A stretch of DNA of 64,000 nucleotides from an uncultured Desulfobacterales bacterium. Its GTDB lineage: Bacteria > Desulfobacterota > Desulfobacteria > Desulfobacterales > JBDRRP01. The DNA is not shown here. More notes on this DNA, generated by a model. It did no database searches, was not told where the DNA came from, and saw only the letters and a program-made list of their open reading frames with translations. The stretch lies in assembly GCA_964446485.1 (NCBI GenBank), contig CAYUOU010000007.1, forward strand, positions 7,826-71,825. The letters run 5' to 3'. Position 1 is the first letter of the stretch.

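Noticed and set aside
43380-63595. RTX nonapeptide blocks taken as proof that the giant protein is a type I secretion substrate.
   Set aside because: The blocks are short and lie thousands of residues from the C-terminus, and no T1SS ABC/MFP/OMP genes are in the window. The inference is possible but unsupported here.

Overview
GC-rich bacterial chromosomal window. The gene content (dapL, murJ, cdaA, SulP-STAS, PPDK_N/receiver protein) fits a Desulfobacterota-like anaerobe, but that assignment is only inference. The first ~26 kb holds ordinary housekeeping and accessory genes: a cdaA-ybbR fusion, a DUF2914-like gene, an IMPase, an ABC1/UbiB kinase, an MFS transporter, a GDPD/acyl-CoA dehydrogenase/receiver-PPDK_N operon, murJ, a SulP-STAS/kinase-like/RsbW-like operon, dapL, a FAD oxidoreductase and pgm. 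This region also contains three copies of a 147-148 bp MITE-like element (two with perfect 9-bp target-site duplications) and a decayed sensor histidine kinase. About 56% of the window (28373..64000, minus strand) is one uninterrupted ORF of more than 11,875 codons that is still open at the window edge. It encodes a giant modular, apparently non-enzymatic surface protein. Recognisable parts are RTX blocks, FG-GAP loops, PPC-like domains, PA14, four P-domains, four ELWxxDGT arrays, LRR+LamG, phage-tail-fibre-like modules, a ~13 kb beta-helix-like quasi-repeat tract and an FN3-like trio. It also carries at least 20 copies of a ~90-100 aa module I cannot assign to any named family, some of them inserted inside other domains. 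Directly downstream and co-oriented are a secreted 14-repeat propeller-like protein with a poly-Gly + CFIGTA tail and a low-GC 70-aa ORF. The giant gene, its unassigned module and this downstream pair are the strongest candidates for undescribed biology. All family assignments come from motif recognition by eye. No searches were run, and domain coordinates inside the giant gene are approximate (within tens of nt).
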